Positions 62,935 through 64,000 of a stretch of DNA of 64,000 bases are shown here, in pieces. Source of the DNA: Mobula hypostoma. Its lineage: Eukaryota. The translations under genes were made by a program, and so were the position numbers. The stretch covers positions 31,746,001-31,810,000 of the forward strand of contig NC_086097.1 of NCBI RefSeq assembly GCF_963921235.1, in the 5' to 3' direction. Below the pieces are notes generated by a model. It did no database searches. It was not told the DNA's origin and was given only the letters and a program-made list of their open reading frames with translations. The first letter of the stretch is position 1. Every line of letters begins with the position of its first letter.

Positions 62935-63665
62935 ATCTTCTGGGCCCAGCACATAAGTGCAATTGCAAAGATAGCACGGCAACACTTCTACTTCCTTAGG
63001 AGTTGGCAAAGTTTCGGCGTGACATCTAAAACTTGGACAAACTTGGTGGAGAGTATATTGACTGGCTGCATCATGGCCTGGCACAGAAACACCAATGCCC
63101 TTGAACAGAAAATCCTACAGAAGTAGTGGATACGGCCCAGTCTATCATGGGTAAAGCCCTCCCCACCATTGAGCATATCTACACAGAGTGTTGTTGCAGG
63201 AAATCAGCATCCATCTTCAGGTCATGCTCCACCACCCAGGTCATGCTCTCTTCTCACTGCTGCTGTCAGGAAAAAGGCACAGGAGACCCAGGAGACTCAC
63301 CACCAGGTTCAGGAACAGTTATTACCCCTCAACCATCAGGCACCTGAACCAGAGGGGATAACTTCACTCAACTTCACTTGTCCCATCACTGAGCCGCTCC
63401 CATAACCTGTGGACTCAATTTCAAGGATTCTTCATCACATGTTTCTTATATTTATTGTTTATTTGTTTACTATTTTTTTTACTTTTTTGTATTTGCACAG
63501 TTTGTTGTCTTTTGCACAATGGTTGTCTGCTCTGTTGGTGCAGTCTTTCATTGATTCCATGATGGTTATTGGATTTATTGAATAGGTCCACAAGAAAATG
63601 TATTTCAGGGTTATAAATGGTGACATATAAGTACTTTGATAATAAGTTTAGTTAGAACTTTGAAC
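62935..63665 (+). mobile_element. Rex1-like LINE 3' end
   Basis: MDTAQSIMGKALPTIEHIY...; 3' UTR similar to 6345-6900; (ACTTTGA)-type tail. Confidence 0.75.
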
Positions 63666-63769
63666 CTCAGTGTTTCCAAAGGGAACTGATGGAGGGGGAC
63701 AGCTGGTGGAATAGTCTGTAAGGCCGGGCCAAAGTGAGGTGGTGGTGATTCCAGTCTCTGGCACAGAAT

Positions 63770-64000
63770 CCATTCCTCACTGCGGTGTCCATCCCTTTCT
63801 GTTTGCCCTTCTCCCTCTTCCCACTCTCCTCCCTGTCCCCTCCCTTCTTTCTGTCTACCCCATCCTCCCTCCACCCTCCCTACCCCTCACCCTGTCTCCC
63901 CTCTCTGTCATCTCAGCCTTTCCACCTTCTCCCTGTCCCCATTCACTCTCTGCCCCTCCCTGTCACCACCCTCTCACTCTTCTCACCTTCTCCCTGTCCC
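63770..64000. repeat. CT-rich low-complexity repeat
   Basis: Repeated CTCCCTGTCCCC / CACTCTC motifs. Confidence 0.8.

Overview
Repeat-saturated vertebrate DNA; the repeat repertoire suggests a cartilaginous fish, probably a ray (inference). Most of the window is CR1 LINE, Rex1/Babar-like LINE, Penelope-like element (PLE), SINE and minisatellite sequence. The host gene is a + strand coiled-coil gene resembling CCDC170, with five phase-0 coding exons between 31585 and 50976. Two structures stand out. (1) At 10669-13983 (-) lies a complete Gypsy-type LTR element with 223-bp LTRs, a 5-bp TSD, a tRNA-Ser PBS and a PPT. Its RT/RNaseH/integrase region is replaced by an intronless SUDS3 (Sin3-HDAC subunit SDS3) cDNA fused in frame to Gag-protease, now disabled. 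(2) At 47005-50360 lies a PLE with a long inverted 3'-end duplication, an 11-bp TSD and minimal hammerhead ribozyme motifs. Several 150-230 bp palindromic mini-elements derived from the same PLE terminus, flanked by 12-14 bp TSDs, are scattered through the window. Family and gene calls come from motif recognition by eye, not from database searches. Boundaries of degenerate repeats are approximate.
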